A DNA stretch of 64,000 nt from Sporopachydermia quercuum (lineage: Eukaryota). Positions within the stretch are counted from its first letter, which is position 1. Every line of letters begins with the position of its first letter. Below the pieces are notes generated by a model. It was given only the letters and a program-made list of their open reading frames with translations. It was not told where the DNA came from and did not search any database. Positions 63,612 through 64,000 of the stretch are shown here, piece by piece. Where the stretch lies: positions 664,413-728,412 of the forward strand of contig BCGN01000009.1 of NCBI GenBank assembly GCA_001599295.1. The letters run 5' to 3'. Made by a program: the position numbers and the translations under genes.

Positions 63612-64000
63612 CATGGGCACAGGAGACGATACTAATGAATAAATGATGATGTGATATTATATTATTAATGCAAAGTAATACATGATTATGTAACCATATG
63701 ACATGTAACGTAGAATAGCAAGTGAACATCATATCTGCAAGTACGTAATCACTTAGTAAGCTGATTATAANAGCCATTTACGTCGATATTTTACCGAAAA
63801 TATCACCATTTTGTTCCATATAAAACCTTATAGTCAACCCTCTAGCTAATCCTTTCTTCGCCATACCTTCTGATGATATAATCACAAAACCCACCTTCTA
63901 CTAAGTTACCCTCCTCACGAACCGTAGGCACAAACCACAAAATTCACTTCTCATCACAATAACTAGCTGATAACAGGTATCCTTCCTTTTCTTCCTATCC

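Noticed and set aside
662..63771. Scattered single N bases
   Set aside because: They preserve reading frames, so they are ambiguous or masked substitutions rather than biology. They do warn that consensus errors are possible.
1..64000. CUG codon reassignment
   Set aside because: CTG is frequent and occurs at conserved Leu sites (IQG1 KIALL, CDC7 YYRKL).
1..64000. Transposons/LTRs, CRISPR arrays, rRNA, viral or bacterial inserts
   Set aside because: No RT, integrase or transposase motifs, long direct repeats or regularly spaced repeats were seen; all recognised genes are ordinary fungal families.

Overview
Eukaryotic DNA: an AT-rich, fairly intron-rich budding yeast (Saccharomycotina-like). 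It appears to use the standard code, since CTG sits at conserved Leu positions. About 21 protein genes and one intron-containing tRNA-Phe are supported. In order: the 3' part of a GPI adhesin, IQG1, CWP1, an ADH6-like dehydrogenase, a frameshifted Kelch gene, an SLC35F/DMT transporter, DOA1, a Bim1/X325-like His-brace GPI protein, MZM1, ETR1, NPC2, a small coiled-coil protein, tRNA-Phe, CDC7, ERP3, ZRC1, a stand-alone CBS-pair protein, a GAC1/PIG1-type PP1 subunit, an MTP-type CDF transporter, DBP9, COQ11 and BEM4. I rebuilt 17 spliceosomal introns by hand, which fixes many of the fragmented ORFs in the track. I saw no transposon, CRISPR array, rRNA or clearly foreign DNA, and I cannot claim a proven new system. 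The best leads are an intergenic TAAGGTT/AACCTTA motif, the head-to-head MZM1-ETR1 pair, the broken Kelch gene, two long introns (one structured), a GC-rich skew-switching IQG1 core, and an orphan intron signature in a 4.7 kb gene desert. Gene names come from recalled motif similarity, not from database searches.
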